Positions 11,396-24,240 of a stretch of DNA of 64,000 nt are shown piece by piece (position 1 is the stretch's first letter; every line of letters starts with the position of its first letter). The notes below the pieces were generated by a model. That model was not told the origin of the DNA, searched no databases, and saw nothing but the letters and a program-made list of their open reading frames with translations. The DNA comes from Camelus ferus (lineage: Eukaryota): positions 70,806,001 through 70,870,000 of the forward strand of contig NC_045697.1 of NCBI RefSeq assembly GCF_009834535.1, read 5' to 3'. A program made the position numbers and the translations under genes.

Positions 11396-12779
11396 TTTGG
11401 TGGGCTTTCCAATTTGGAGGGGAGGGTCTCTCTATTCACTAACAGAAAGACTTCTCCAGCGGGGTATGTGGAAAAGTTTCCGAACGGATGAGTTGGAAGC
11501 GGACCTTCAGAGATTTATTAAGTTTGATATAGTGAGTGCTTGGTCTGGGAAAAAGGATCCCTTGGCAAATGAAATGACTGAGCACAAGTGGAGCTGAAAC
11601 CCTAAGGCAGGCATTGGAGCTGTGAAATAGATCTTTTTGTCTGGAGAAGATAATTCATGAAAATTTCTTAATAGGATTTAGGCAGAAATAAGCTTGGGGT
11701 TAGATCTTGGACTATGAATAAAGGCCAGAGTTAGTAGTTAAAAATGTATCAAGTGAATAACAGGATATGATTTTTTTTTCTTTTTAGTTCAGCCAATACA
11801 TGATAGTAGCAGTGCGCAGGACACAACAGAGTGAGAGGGATATTGGAGGTAGGAACATAATTAAGTAAGCTATTGCAACATCCAGCCATGAGATAGTAAA
11901 GATAAGAATTAAGAGATTTGAAAATAGGAATGGAAAAAAAGGGAGCAATTTCAGAGATGCTGAAGACAGTGTTCTAGCTTCAAAGACCTAATCTGGATGA
12001 CCCTAATATCTAGGTCACATATTTGACTTTCAGTAAAATAAAAAAGTAAAATATGTGACCCAATTAAAGAGCAATTAAGTCTCAAAACTTATGCTATAAA
12101 TATATGGGATTTCAATTTCTTTTCTGTTTTTTTAAAAAAAAAATATTCATTCTTGATTTCCCTTATCTTGCACATAGCCCACATCTGCTCTTTCCCAAGG
12201 TCAAGTCATTCTACTCAGAAATGCCTAATAAATTGAATCCATCCTTTTTTTCTTAGGCTTTAGCACAAGCACTTGTGTTATTTTATATTATTTTTTTCTT
12301 GCTGGAATTATTTTAAAGTGCTCCTGTATTAGATAAAAATATTTGTTACAATATTTGTTTTCTGTCCCAAATCTTGTCTTGGCTTCCTGTGGATACACTA
12401 TAACACCCCTTATCCTACAGCCCAGAATTTCTACCATTAGATCTAACATCTAATCTGTGTTCTAAAAGATGACTAGCTTCTTGTAAAATTGCTCACAATT
12501 TATTGAGAAATTTTAATAAAAAGAATTTGCCTTTTAGGGCTTTATTCTGTGAAGCCTGCTTGAACTTTCCAAAGCTATGTTCTTTCATCTAATTTTACAA
12601 TTAATCTTTTAAGTATTTAATATTTTAAACTGTCCATATTTGAATGTCTTCCTCATTAGTCTGCAACGCCTTTGAAAGTAATGGCAATACTTTATTTATT
12701 CTTATACCCAGGTTTAGAAGAATATTTGGTATTTTTAAGTCAATAAATATCAAAATAATGGATGGGAAAAACTAAGATA

Positions 12780-13100
12780 TCTTTTTCAACACTGTTTTTG
12801 CTATTCAAGTTCTTTTGAATTTCCACATAAATTCTAGAAGCATCTCATCAACTTCTACTAAAAGAAATCTGTTGGAATTTGCTGGAAATTGAATTGAATC
12901 TATATGTCAAACTGGAGGGAAATTGACATATTACCCATACTGGGTCTTCCAATCTGTAAACATATCCTATCTCCTCATTTTCCTCAGCAATGTCATATAA
13001 TTTTCAATATAGAGGTTTGACATGCATTTTGTTAAATTATACCTAAATATTTGGGGTTTAATTGCTTTTTTAAATGATGATTTTTAAACTTCATGTTTCA
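12780..13100 (-). mobile_element. L1 ORF2 fragment
   Basis: attgaattgaatctatatgtcaaactggagggaaattgacatatt. Confidence 0.7.
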
Positions 13101-13222
13101 TTTGTATCTCCAAGGACCCTATTTTGAAAAATGAGATCAGTTCACATTGGCTCCAAGTAGTCTTGAATTTAGGAAGACATTCATCAATCTAGCAAACACT
13201 TGAATTTCACGTTTGATTATAC

Positions 13223-13269
13223 CAGTGTAGAATGAAGACCTGCTTCTGAAATAAAGCTTTTGCTGAAGA
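13223..13269 (-). pseudogene. Exon remnant, 47 nt (LQQKLYFRSRSSFYT)
   Basis: gttctgccctacag acceptor, CTG|GTATAA donor; phase 2-1 bridges the flanking candidates. Confidence 0.4.
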
Positions 13270-14192
13270 CTGTAGGGCAGAACACACGATTCATGAAATA
13301 ATACTTAGAGGTAGAAATGAGGGTAGCATTTTTAGGGGGCAGTCAAAGGATTGTCCTGGCTAGAATTAAACTGGCAAACAGGCATGATAAGTAAAATTGG
13401 ACACATTTATGGAAGGCATTATTCAATGCCAGCATGAGGAGATCAGATTTGGAGATAGAATTATTAAATATGGCTAAACTTTGTTTGCTTTATTTTGTGG
13501 CTTTAAAATATCAGGAGAATTAGAAGTCTATGATGACTGTATGCAATTAAATTGAAAAATGATAGGTTCCAAGAGTTACTAAATAAATTATGTAAGTGTA
13601 GTTGGAGTAGTTACTATTCTCTTAAGTGAATTAATTTTTAAAAACAGTTTAGAAATATAATGAATGATAGTGAAGGGAAGTAAATAGAGACACAGGGAGT
13701 TAAGAAGGTAGAGTAAACAAACAAAAATATTTCCTCTCAATACTGAGAATTAGAAAGTTACTGGGCCCATTTAATTCTAGAAATAAGTAGTACAACAGTG
13801 TTGGGGATGTAATTATCACTGAAAGTTTAAATAGAAGCTTAATATAAACTGCAATACATAAGCTATGAAAAGGGAAAGAAGCCTTTAAATGGAGGGAGAA
13901 AGTTTTGTTTTTTTTAAGAGTAAATACTTAAAAATTCAGAAATCTAAAAGAAGTCAATGAGAAGGTAATTAATTAGTACTTAAGAGGAATTTATTTTAAT
14001 CCTTTTAGTATTCTAGAGTATTCCTCCTACATGGCTTTTGAGCTTTCTTGAATAATTCATGGTGGCCTTTGCAAGTTTTCCTCACTTATTCACAAGTTTC
14101 ACTATAAATGGGAAATGAAACTTACTTACTAGAGTTCTGTAGATAAAATGAAAGAGAGATATTACAAATGGTGCTGATCATTGTCATCTTAC

Positions 14193-14375
14193 AAGCATTC
14201 CACTCCAGGCTACACATCAGAATTGAACAATTTTCCTTCAAACAGCTCTTGAGTCTGGAGTGATGTTAATGCCTCTTCCTGAACACACATGTGGCTATGT
14301 AGGACCTGCTTCTGCTTCTTCGATTGTTCTTACACAAGCAGTCAAATGAGGCTGTGTTGGGTTTCATGGCATCAT
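14193..14375 (-). pseudogene. Exon remnant (starts DAMKPNTASFDCL; later EQSKKQKQVLHSHMCVQEEALTSLQTQELFEGKLFNSDV*PGVEC in another frame)
   Basis: tttcttttgcttag acceptor; GTAAGA donors after 14334 and after 14193; stops or a frameshift inside. Confidence 0.5.
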
Positions 14376-15053
14376 CTAAGCAAAAGAAATCTATACGCCA
14401 ACAGCCCTTCTCTCTTAAAGAGCTCACGCACTATGGCTTCTGTGCAACAGCAATCACTAGTTCCTGATTGATCAATAGGCCTTGAAGCTTTTATTTTAGA
14501 AGATTGAGGTGGAGACAGTTTTTTCTTATTTACCAGAAGACCCAGTCAAAGAATGATGAGCTAATTAAAATTTGTTTAGTTGTTTTAACTTACTAAAGTG
14601 CAAAATAATATTAATGGAATAGGGTACATGTCTATTAAGATACAGATAAAATAAAGCAGGAGCAGTGGAAGCAGTTAAAATCATTCTGGAATCCTGTGTG
14701 CCTCAGAGTGAGTTAATAACTAACTCTGGAACAAGTCTTCTTTGTTTCAAGAATACTTATTTGAATGCCCTTCCTCTTTCTTATGCTACTGGAAAGTAAG
14801 GATCATTCTATTGGCTAACATGGGATTGAGGGTACAACAGGCTGGGGATTAACCAAGGTCTCTTAATCCCAGTGTCCAAATTAGGGAATTGGTGAATTGA
14901 TTTACATCAGAATCCTGGGGACTGTAGCAAAAAAGAAACCACAATCTAATCCCTCAAGAAAAAAAGGTAGTAGTGTTGTAACAATTATAGTACGGCATCA
15001 AATGTATCTCTGGTCAGTTCTGACTGACCAACAGAATATTATTTCTGACTCAC

Positions 15054-15419
15054 TGTGTAGTTCAGAACTAAAATATATCCATTCGCAGAACAAAGGAGCA
15101 AAAACTGACAACTACTGTATTTCTTCAGCCCAATCTAAGTTTAGGTAACTACAACACAACATTAAGAAACATCTCATACACATACCCTGTTGATCAGATA
15201 TATATTTGTCAAAATAAATCTATGCATTAACGTGAGTGTGTATGCAATAGCAGTGATGCTATATTCGTGTTATTTTCATGAATGTCTATGTTTAAAGTAA
15301 CACTAGCTGAAGTACGTATGCTACTGTAATCTAGCAGTCACGTGAAGAATAGGTATAATGACTTGGAATCTATAAGGTTCTCCCAAAGCCTCAACAGTTT
15401 ATCACCAACACCATAACAC
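15054..15419 (-). pseudogene. Two exon remnants: 15419-15342 (CYGVGDKLLRLWENLIDSKSLYLFF) and 15148-15054 (YLNLDWAEEIQ*LSVFAPLFCEWIYFSSELH)
   Basis: Acceptors gcctttcaaatcag and gttgtgttgtag; donors CAC|GTGACT and ACA|GTGAGT; they join in phase 2 with one stop in 57 codons. Confidence 0.55.
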
Positions 15420-16929
15420 CTGATTTGAAAGGCAACAGAGAATTATTTCAAATTTGTAAGCAAAAGAATTGCCTGATGAAAAATTATTTGTAGAATTTGT
15501 AGGAAGAATTTGTAGAACAGTCTATAAAAAATGGTGTGAAGATGAAGAGATTCACAATTATAAGCAAAGTATTTACTATTTCTGGAGACCAGAGGAAACA
15601 TGGCTAGAGGGAAGAAGGAGAGAAGAGGTGCTTCCTGGCAATTGTTCAAGGGCAGAATGGAGCAACTGGAGTCAGGCTGGATATAGGGGAAAGCGTACAA
15701 GACTTGCTCGTTGACAAAAGAAAGGCAGCTTTTTGAGTAAGATGAGTAAACTGAGAAATGGGTGACTTGGTTAAAAGAGGAGGTAAGTTCAAGTAATTTT
15801 GTTCTTTTTGTGAGTCCTCTTCAGTTCTCTTCCATTAGGTTGAAATCATAAACTTTAACATAGGTGGTTCAGGCATAAACTGAAACAACGCTTAGAAGAC
15901 CAAGAGTTTCAACAAGGTTTACTCCAGCTATACAGCTCGTTTTTAGGCTTGTTAGTTTTAACTGTGCCATACTGCTGATGTGTATTTTTAACTGTTGTTG
16001 TTTCTATCAATCCTTGTCAATTCTAAAGAACCTCTCCATTTCCAGGGACTTCGGCAAAAAAGCAACTGAGAAGCACCTAGTACATTGCACCCTGTGGGCG
16101 CGCCATAAACAGTTGTTTCCTTCCTGGCTGAATGTGTCTTCAGGAACACAGGCAATAAACCCAACTGCCTTAAAAATAACAGATGGTGGTATCCGGTAGG
16201 CGTTCCCCCTGAGGCCTTGTTAAATGCGTAACTGATGTCAGGAGGCAACTGCATCTTGTCACCTTTTCAAACCAAGTAATACTTCAGTCATCTGCCGACA
16301 TACGTGCATGTGTGTGAAAGAATGAACTAAAGTCACATTGACTCCTAATCACCTGAGGCTTCTATGAGGATTAGGAATATCAGCCACGAGGGATGCAATA
16401 GATAGTTGCAAAATTGGTCAAACCAAGGAGATGAGCCGTTGTGAGGTAATAATAAACTTGGATGGAGTGTGAATTGGTGTGTTAATCACTTAGTCATTAG
16501 GAATGCAAGGGGAGAAAATGAGAAAGTTGGGGGAAGGAGGAGATCAGGTACATTTCAAAAATGTATCATTCATATTCCTGCTATGTTATCTTTTTAAAGT
16601 TGAAAACCTTAAACCATGTTACTTCTCGGCTTAAAGCCCTAAATTAACAAGAAAAGAAATATGACATGAACATTAAGTTCTGGGGTGAGTGAGGCTTTCT
16701 AAACCATATATATATATATATATACAGCATATAACTAATATAGTTATATACTAGTACATATAACTAATAACCTTTCTTTAAAAAAGCTCAAAAATATTTC
16801 TAATCAGAAGAATACAAATTAAAATAATTTTGTCTATCAAGTTAGCAAATATTTTTTTAAAAATAAGAGTGCAGAATATTAGTCATATTTTCTAATGGGA
16901 AAAAGATGAGGTTTCTTTAGAATCAGGAT

Positions 16930-17420
16930 AATAATGTTTTAAAAATTCAGCACCCCACCTTTGCCTCTCAGTATGTCATATAAATTCCTCTATTATGCAG
17001 TCCCTGCCCACTGCTCCTGATTTTCTCACAGCTGCTTCCTTACTGAGCTGTTGTTCAGCCAAATTGGAATTTGTAGTTTCCCAACTGTGCCATGTTTTTT
17101 CACGTCTATGTTTTGGGGCACCCAGCCTGGAATGTGTTCTACCAGTGTTCACCTGGCAAATTCCTATTCTGTCTGTAAGACCCACCCTAGACATCCCTTG
17201 TCTATTCAGTCTTCCCAGCAGCACTCCCACTACCCTCCTCTCCCCATGACCTCAGTAAAGAAACTCTCTTCTACATCTTAGCTACATTTCTATCGTTCCA
17301 CATTTTCTACCACATTTTATTAATTTAGATACATACATATCTTTTCTATTAATTAAATTATATTTTGCTTGAAGAACAGGGATGGTATTTTAATCATCTC
17401 TGTATCTCAGGTTTCTGCCA
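16930..17420 (+). mobile_element. L2 fragment
   Basis: cacctggcaaattcctattctgtctgtaagaccca...gcttgaagaacagggatggtattttaatcatctctgtatc. Confidence 0.55.
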
Positions 17421-18599
17421 CTGAGTTTGATAAAAGAAATCATTTGCTGATATGAGGTGAAGTGAAACTTTTAAGCCTCTGTTGGCTACTTCAGTGTAAC
17501 ATTGGTGAATATGCAGTGAAGGCATAACCTTAAACTTGATTACTGTACACATATACACACACACAAGTATCTTCTTTATGGGTGCCTATTTTAGAGCTTT
17601 CGTTAAACTGGAGGTTTTATATATGCAATTTCCATCAAAGTATTTGAAAATGTAAAAAGCTGTATTATTTAATTACCGAGTATTCACTAAACTATACCCT
17701 CAACGCTCAAGAAACCTAATGGCTTCATTTCTTTCACTCTGGAACTACCATCAGGGAAGCATATTATAAACAGATTTAATGGCTAACTAAATAGAGCTGT
17801 AATAAGAATCCAATACTTAATGCCCCAGTTTGCTTCCCTAGGCCCCACAGCTTGCTCAAATGTCAAGAAGGCAAGCCCAGTTTTTTCACCCATACTTTTT
17901 CACTTATCTCAGAAAACAATTTTTTGGCTGCCATAAAAACAAATGCCAAAAGTAATTTTTGGTCGCAGATTTTATTTCATGTAGGCCACCAAGGGATTCT
18001 TAACCAGTCTTAACAGTGTTAAATTTTCAGACACAGCATTCCATTATAACCTAGATGAAATGCATTTTGGGATGTGACTGAAAAGAAGATGAGATACATC
18101 AGTATCTTACTTATCAAAGATTCTTGGTGGACATGTCTACATTAATTCAAATCCCATGAGTAAAACATGGTCCTGCAATCAACATGGCTTTAAACATTTA
18201 AAAAAATTTAGAAAGAAAAAATGTCCTAAAGTATATTTTATGCTTTTTTGTATTCATAAAGAGGAAATCAATTAATTAGAATTGTTGTTGGTGTTTCAGG
18301 GTCATCAGTACAAACATACATTGTTTCATGCTCTAACCCCTTAAAGTCAGTCCTTAGGCATATACCTGTCCATAAGCATGTTAGGATTTGCCCCTACCCT
18401 AAGGGATTCCAGATTATTGTGACTTTAGGTCTTTATTTTCAGCTGAAATCTATTTTTTTGGCTGTTACTAAATCAGTCTCTAGCTGTCACTGCATCACAC
18501 TTGTTAAATTGCAACTGAGTTTTACCGTATTTGTAACTCAGTCAACTTTGGGAGGACTGAGGGCCTTAATCCTCACTCTAGAGACAAGTATCTGTGAGT

Positions 18600-19040
18600 T
18601 TACTCAACAAGATTTCCAGGTTACCCTGGGTTGGCTGGAGCAGGGTGACGCATGGTCAGCAGGTCCTTCAGGAAGTTGACTGAGACAAAGTTAGGAGTAC
18701 AAGAGGTTTACTGGTCTCTAAATCCTGGGAAAGGAGAGGTGGCAAGGAAGAAGGTTGGTCAAGGAGGGCCTCAGAGTGCAATGCAGATCTAACAAATTCT
18801 TGTCGAACCCAATAGGCAGCTCTCTAACCCATAAGAGAAGTCCCAGGTTGGACAGAAACAGCTGGACCCTAGTAGCTCAGCCAGTAAGGTTGGGGACTTC
18901 CAGCAGAGTGAGGTCCTGGCTGGAATGCTGAGATGAAGTTTGAAAACAGGGACAGCAAGAGGCTGTCAGCTTCCTGCACTGCCTGTAGCTGAAGGGTAAG
19001 TTCTTTCTTAAAGAGAGATCTAATCATGTGCACCTTCTTG
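18600..19040. mobile_element. ERVL LTR16-like solo LTR
   Basis: ggagggcctcagagtgcaatgcagatctaacaaa...gagaagtcccaggttggacagaaacagctggaccctagta. Confidence 0.6.
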
Positions 19041-19958
19041 GCTGCACAAGAATATATGCTATCTGACAGTATATCTAAAAGGAGATTCAAGTTCATAGGA
19101 AGGCAGGAAAAAGTTATTTTATGAACCTTTATGAGTTTATGGTTAATGTGAGTGGGTGAAGAAGGCAGAGGGACTGATGAGAAACAATGAATGAATCTGA
19201 GGACTGGAGAGCAGGGGGTTCTGGCTAATAAGAGTAACAGTTAAATAACCAAATGATCAAAATCTTACTTTTCTAAGCAACAAATTCACCTTCCTTGGAA
19301 GGACCCAATTTGGAAAGGTATATAGACAGACATGATACCTGAAGTGGAAGGCAAGACCACCCAGAGCATTAAAGAGCAAGCTGCCTATATTTTACTTTGA
19401 AATTTTGCAGTCAAACATTTTAATTCTTTTGAGTATTCTAATTTTCGTATCTTTTCTTGTTATATAAATTTAAAAATCATCTTATCTATTTTCAGGAAAG
19501 TTTGTGTTTTTTTGTAATCACACTGAATATGTGAATTAACTTAGGAAAACTGACAACTTTTAATGTTGACTCTTAACTGGAAATATGATCTGTGTTTGTT
19601 TGCTTAATACAATTCTTGTGTATTTTAGGAATGCTTTAAATATTTTCTCATACAGGTTCTACATATTTATTATCAGGTTAATTACTAGACTTTTTTTGCT
19701 GGTGTCATATACATAGTTTTCTGATTCATTATATCTTGTATTTGACAGCATATATATATATATATACAAAAATTATACACTTGTGAGTATTAATTTTAAC
19801 ATCCTTTACATTATTGGATTTTTTTAGTTAATTATCTTGGATTTCCAGTTAGTTATTTTTTCTTAAAATAAGAATATTTTCACCACCTCCTCCTAACTTC
19901 TATAGCTCTAATATCTTTTTCTCGTCTAACTGCATTGACTTATAACTCTAGTACAATG

Positions 19959-20107
19959 GTTTTTTTATAGTTTCTTTGTGGGGGGGAGGTTAATTAGGTT
20001 TGCTTATTTATTTGTTTGTTTGTTTTTAGAGGCAGTCCTCAGGATTGAACCCAGGACCTTGTGTATGCTAAGCATATGCTCCACCACTTGAGCTATACCC
20101 TCCTCCT
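19959..20107 (-). mobile_element. Camelid tRNA-derived SINE (vic-1 type)
   Basis: Minus strand reads GGAGGGTATAGCTCAAGTGGTGGAGCATATGCTTAGCATACACAAGGTCCTGGGTTCAATCC with A/B boxes and tail; TSD tctagtacaatg (19947-19958) / tctaatacaatg (20108-20119). Confidence 0.85.
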
Positions 20108-21564
20108 TCTAATACAATGTTAATAGTACTGTAATATTAGTTACAGTAATTAGTATAGCTAATATCACTGTGTTTTTCCCAACTTTGTCAGGAATTCCTC
20201 CATTAACTACGATACTGGCTTTGGAGCTAATTATACGTTGGCATACATGAAATTGTTAAGTATCCTTCAGTTTCTATTTAGTAAGTGATAGTTCTTACAA
20301 TTCAAAAATGTATTAAATGTTGGCAAACGTCACTGCACCACCTACAAAGATGATCACAGAAATACACTAATATATTTCATTGATGGATTTATTAATATTG
20401 AGACATTCTTGTTTCTCTAGAATAAATTCCTCTTGTTCCAATTGTGTTACCCTTTGTGAACTCCTTAATTCTATTTTCTGGTATTTTATTTTGAATTGTT
20501 TTTACTGACATGTGTGAGAAAGATTTGTCTATAGTTTTTATAATGTTTTCCCAGTTTTATTGTCAATATTACATCCTTGTCATAAAAAAGTATTAGGAAG
20601 TTTTCTATATTTTTCTATGCCCTGGAAAAAATTCAATATAATTAGAATTAACTACGTCAATATTATTTAATTCCAATAGTATTAGAATTAAATTACTAGA
20701 ATTCCACAGTGAAACTGTCTGGATGTGATGCTTTTGGAAGGTTACCTCTTTGACAACTGTATTTATTTGTGGAAACATGTGCTTATTGTTTCTTCCTCTT
20801 CTGAATCAGTTTATAAATTATGTTTTCTTGAAAAATTATCCCTTTTATCTAAGGTCACATGTTATTTGTATAGTGTTTTTAAACTCATAATTTTTATTTC
20901 TTTATGTGGTTATTACTACTTTTTATTTCTCATTCTATATACTTGTGTATTGTTGTTTTGTGATTAGACTACTTTATTTACTTACTATTTAAATTTTTAA
21001 CAAATTAGTTTTTTATGTATTCTTTTATTTTCTAACTTATTAAATTTTGTTTTTATATTTAATTCCTTTTTTGTTTCCATTCTTCCACTTTTATTTTCTA
21101 AATTTTGAAATCAAATGCTTACTTTATATTCCCAAATTTTTATTTTTACTGATAAAAATTTTCAGCTATAAGCTTCACTTTGATTAGGGCTTTCACTGTA
21201 TCCTATAGTTTCTGTTTTAACCTTGTATTTCTCTTTGGACAAAGAGTTGTTAAAATAGGCATTTTACATTTCTAGGAGGAGGAGACTATTTTTTCTGATT
21301 TTGTAAATGGTTTCTTATTTTATTCAATGATGCTCAAAGAATTTTGTTTGTAATATTTCTATCTTTTGGAATTTTTTGATGTTTTATTTTTGAAGCCCCA
21401 AATACTTGTAATTTTTGTGAATGTACGGTAGACAAACGAAGACAAACGTTCTCTGTTATTAGGGGATTGAGTCTGATATATATTCATCCACTTTACCTTC
21501 TTATTCATGTCATTTAGGCTTTCTGAATCTTTCCTTTTTAAGAGGTACTTGCTTTGTCCAGTAG

Positions 21565-22660
21565 TGTAGATTTGTAAAAATGACCATACAAACTGAAATC
21601 AGGGAAAGGCTTTTTAATAATCAATTGGAAAAATCTGGTCTATGATTTCAGAAAATTTCTGTCAAAATATTAAATATTCTCTTTCTATTAGATACAAATT
21701 TATAGAGAAATAAAAAATTATAAAATAATTTGTATTTAATATTTAAAACATTAGAAACATTGAGAATTCAAGTATTCTATTGCTTTGCAAAAAACTCACC
21801 AAGAGTGTTCGATATTCTCATCGTATGACTTACTTTACGGAGCAAGCATTTTTGTCCATGTTTTGGCATAATGCCGTACTTCTTTCTAAGTTTGGATCAA
21901 CTTCCAATATTTAGTCCTTTATATATTTTGAATGTTATAAAACATCTCTGAGAATTCCTGCAATGTTAAGTTTTTTTGCTGATATCATTTCCTCCATGAC
22001 ATTTTTATTCTTTCCACCACAACCATTTCCCTCATTTATGTTGATGATTGTCTGAGAATTCCTGTAATGTGAAGTTTTTTGGTTGATATCACTTCCTCCA
22101 GGACTTTTTCATTCTTTCCACCACAACCATTTTCCTCATTTATGTTGATGTTTGGCTTCACTGAGTTCCTCTGGCTGCCATCTAGAATCTTTCAAGCAGC
22201 AATAGTGTCAACATTCCCATGGTCAGCTATTTCATCTATGACTTCATTAACATCAATTCAAATTTCACTGGAAGCATTATCACTTTTCACTTCTTTGCTA
22301 CACTTTCATGTTTTTTGGCCAATTCTCTTTTTAAATTATCTATTTTTATAAAACATCATGTAGGGTTATCACTGAAAGACAAGGAGGGAACACAACTACA
22401 CACTTTACTGCCTGTTAGTGATCTGAGTAAGAGATGATCTGTGACCAATCACCAACAAACTTTGAAAGAAGTGACATTGTCACTGATCAGGATGTGCATC
22501 TGTTATTTACACAGCAATTTATGGAATGAAAGGCTGACAGCAAAGTCTGTGTCACAGTTAATATAGCATGGTAGCAGAAATTTGAAGTATGTTGTTGTTG
22601 AACCACAGTAACTGAAATGTGTGCATATTACAGCCATGCACAGAAATGATACCTGAATTT
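21565..22660 (-). mobile_element. TcMar-Tigger DNA transposon remnant
   Basis: Minus-strand translation ILEVDPNLERSTALCQNMDK resembles a Tigger transposase C-terminus; inserted in an older L1. Confidence 0.65.
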
Positions 22661-23034
22661 TATCTATTTGATATATTTTGGACTCAGAGAAGTAAAGTCT
22701 CATATCAATTTTGTGCTTTTTATTTTTCTATTATCTCATGAAATTTCTGCTTTATGAAAGATTTTACTATGTTATCAGCTGATAAATATTCTAAAACGAT
22801 TAACTTTTATTTAAAATTGTACTTTAGACATTCTTGTTTCAGCTAGTGCTTTTTGACCTGAATTCTACCTTGTTTGATATTAAGATTATGATCTCAGCTC
22901 TCTTTTTGTTTGCATTTAGCAGATAAACTTTTGTTTATTATTTTATTTTAAACTTTATGAATTTTTTGTTCTAAGTGGCATTCTTATATACAGCACAGAA
23001 TTCAATTTTGTTTTGCAGTCTAAACTGAAAATAA

Positions 23035-24240
23035 ATTTTTTCCAGTTTTATTGAAACACAACTGATGTATAACATTGTGTAAGTTTAAAGTGCATAACAT
23101 AATGATTTGATATGTGTATATATTGTGAAATAATTACCACAATAAATTTGGTTAACATCTATCATCTCATATAGTTACAATTTTTTGTCCTTGTGGTGAG
23201 AACTCATAAAATTTATTTTCTTAGCAACTTTTAAAAACATGATACAATATTATTAACTATAAACATCATGCTGTACATTACATCCCTCAAAGTTATTTAT
23301 CTTGTGACTGGAAGTTTGTACCTTTGACCACCTTCACCCAATTCCCCTATCCCAATCCCTGCCTTTGGCAACCACCAATGCATTCTTTGTTTCAATGAGT
23401 TTGTGTTTTTTAGATACTGTACTTGTCTTTTTCGGTTTGAATTATTTCTTTGAGCATAATGCCCTCAGTGCCCTCAAGGTCCATCTGTGTTATCACAAAT
23501 GGCAGGATTTCCTTCTCTCTCCTGGCTGAAGTGTATTCAATTATGTACATATATAGCACCTTTTCTTTATTGATTCATCTGTCAATGGACATTTAGGTTG
23601 TTATGCTGCAATAAACACGGGGGTGCAGTTATCTCTTTGGGATAGTGATTTCATTTCCTTCAAATATATATTCAGAAGTAGAACTGCTGGATCATATGGG
23701 TAGTTCTAATTTTTTGTTGTTGTTGTTACATTCCACCAATAGTGCACAAAGGTTTCCTTTTCTCCACATCCTCACCAATAGTTGTTATCTCTTGTCTCTT
23801 TGATGACAGCCATTCTGACAGGTGTGAAATAATATCTAATTGTGGTTTTGATTTGCATTTCCATAATGATTAGTGATATTGAACACGTTTTCATGTACCT
23901 AGTGACCATTTGAACATCTTCTTTGGAAAATGTCTATTCAGGTGTTTTGCGCATTTTTAATTGGAGTAATGTTTTTTACTATTGAGTTGTCTGAGTTCCT
24001 CATATATTTCAGATTAATTTCTTATCAGATGTGTGATTTACAAATATTTTCTCCCATTTTTTAGGTTGCCTTTTCATTTTGTTGGTCATTTCTTTTGCTG
24101 TTCAGAAGCTTTTTAGTTTGATACAGTTTCATGTGTTTATTTTTGCTTTTATTGCTTTTGCTTTTGGTGTCAAATCCAAAAAAATCCTTGCCAAGGCCCA
24201 TGTCAAGGACATTTTTTCCTGTGTTTTCTTCTAGGAGTTC
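23035..24240 (-). mobile_element. L1MA9-like 3' end, 5'-truncated
   Basis: ttttattgaaacacaactgatgtataacattgtgtaagtttaaagtg..ttgtggttttgatttgcatttcc..cagaagctttttagtttgat. Confidence 0.85.

Larger units (their letters stand above)
19390..23030 (-). mobile_element. Highly decayed L1M (ORF2 region), interrupted by a SINE and a Tigger element
   Basis: T-rich reverse-complement L1 ORF2 motifs (gtctaactgcattgacttataactctagtacaatg; tagaattccacagtgaaactgtctgg). Confidence 0.7.

Noticed and set aside
11313..11597. 94-aa plus ORF with exon-like borders
   Set aside because: Overlaps the LTR end and an L2-like stretch; most likely repeat-derived.
15469..15714. Plus ORF MPDEKLFVEFVGRICRTVYKKW...
   Set aside because: Non-ATG start, internal short duplication (atttgtagaatttgtaggaagaatttgtag), no recognisable homology or clean splice frame.
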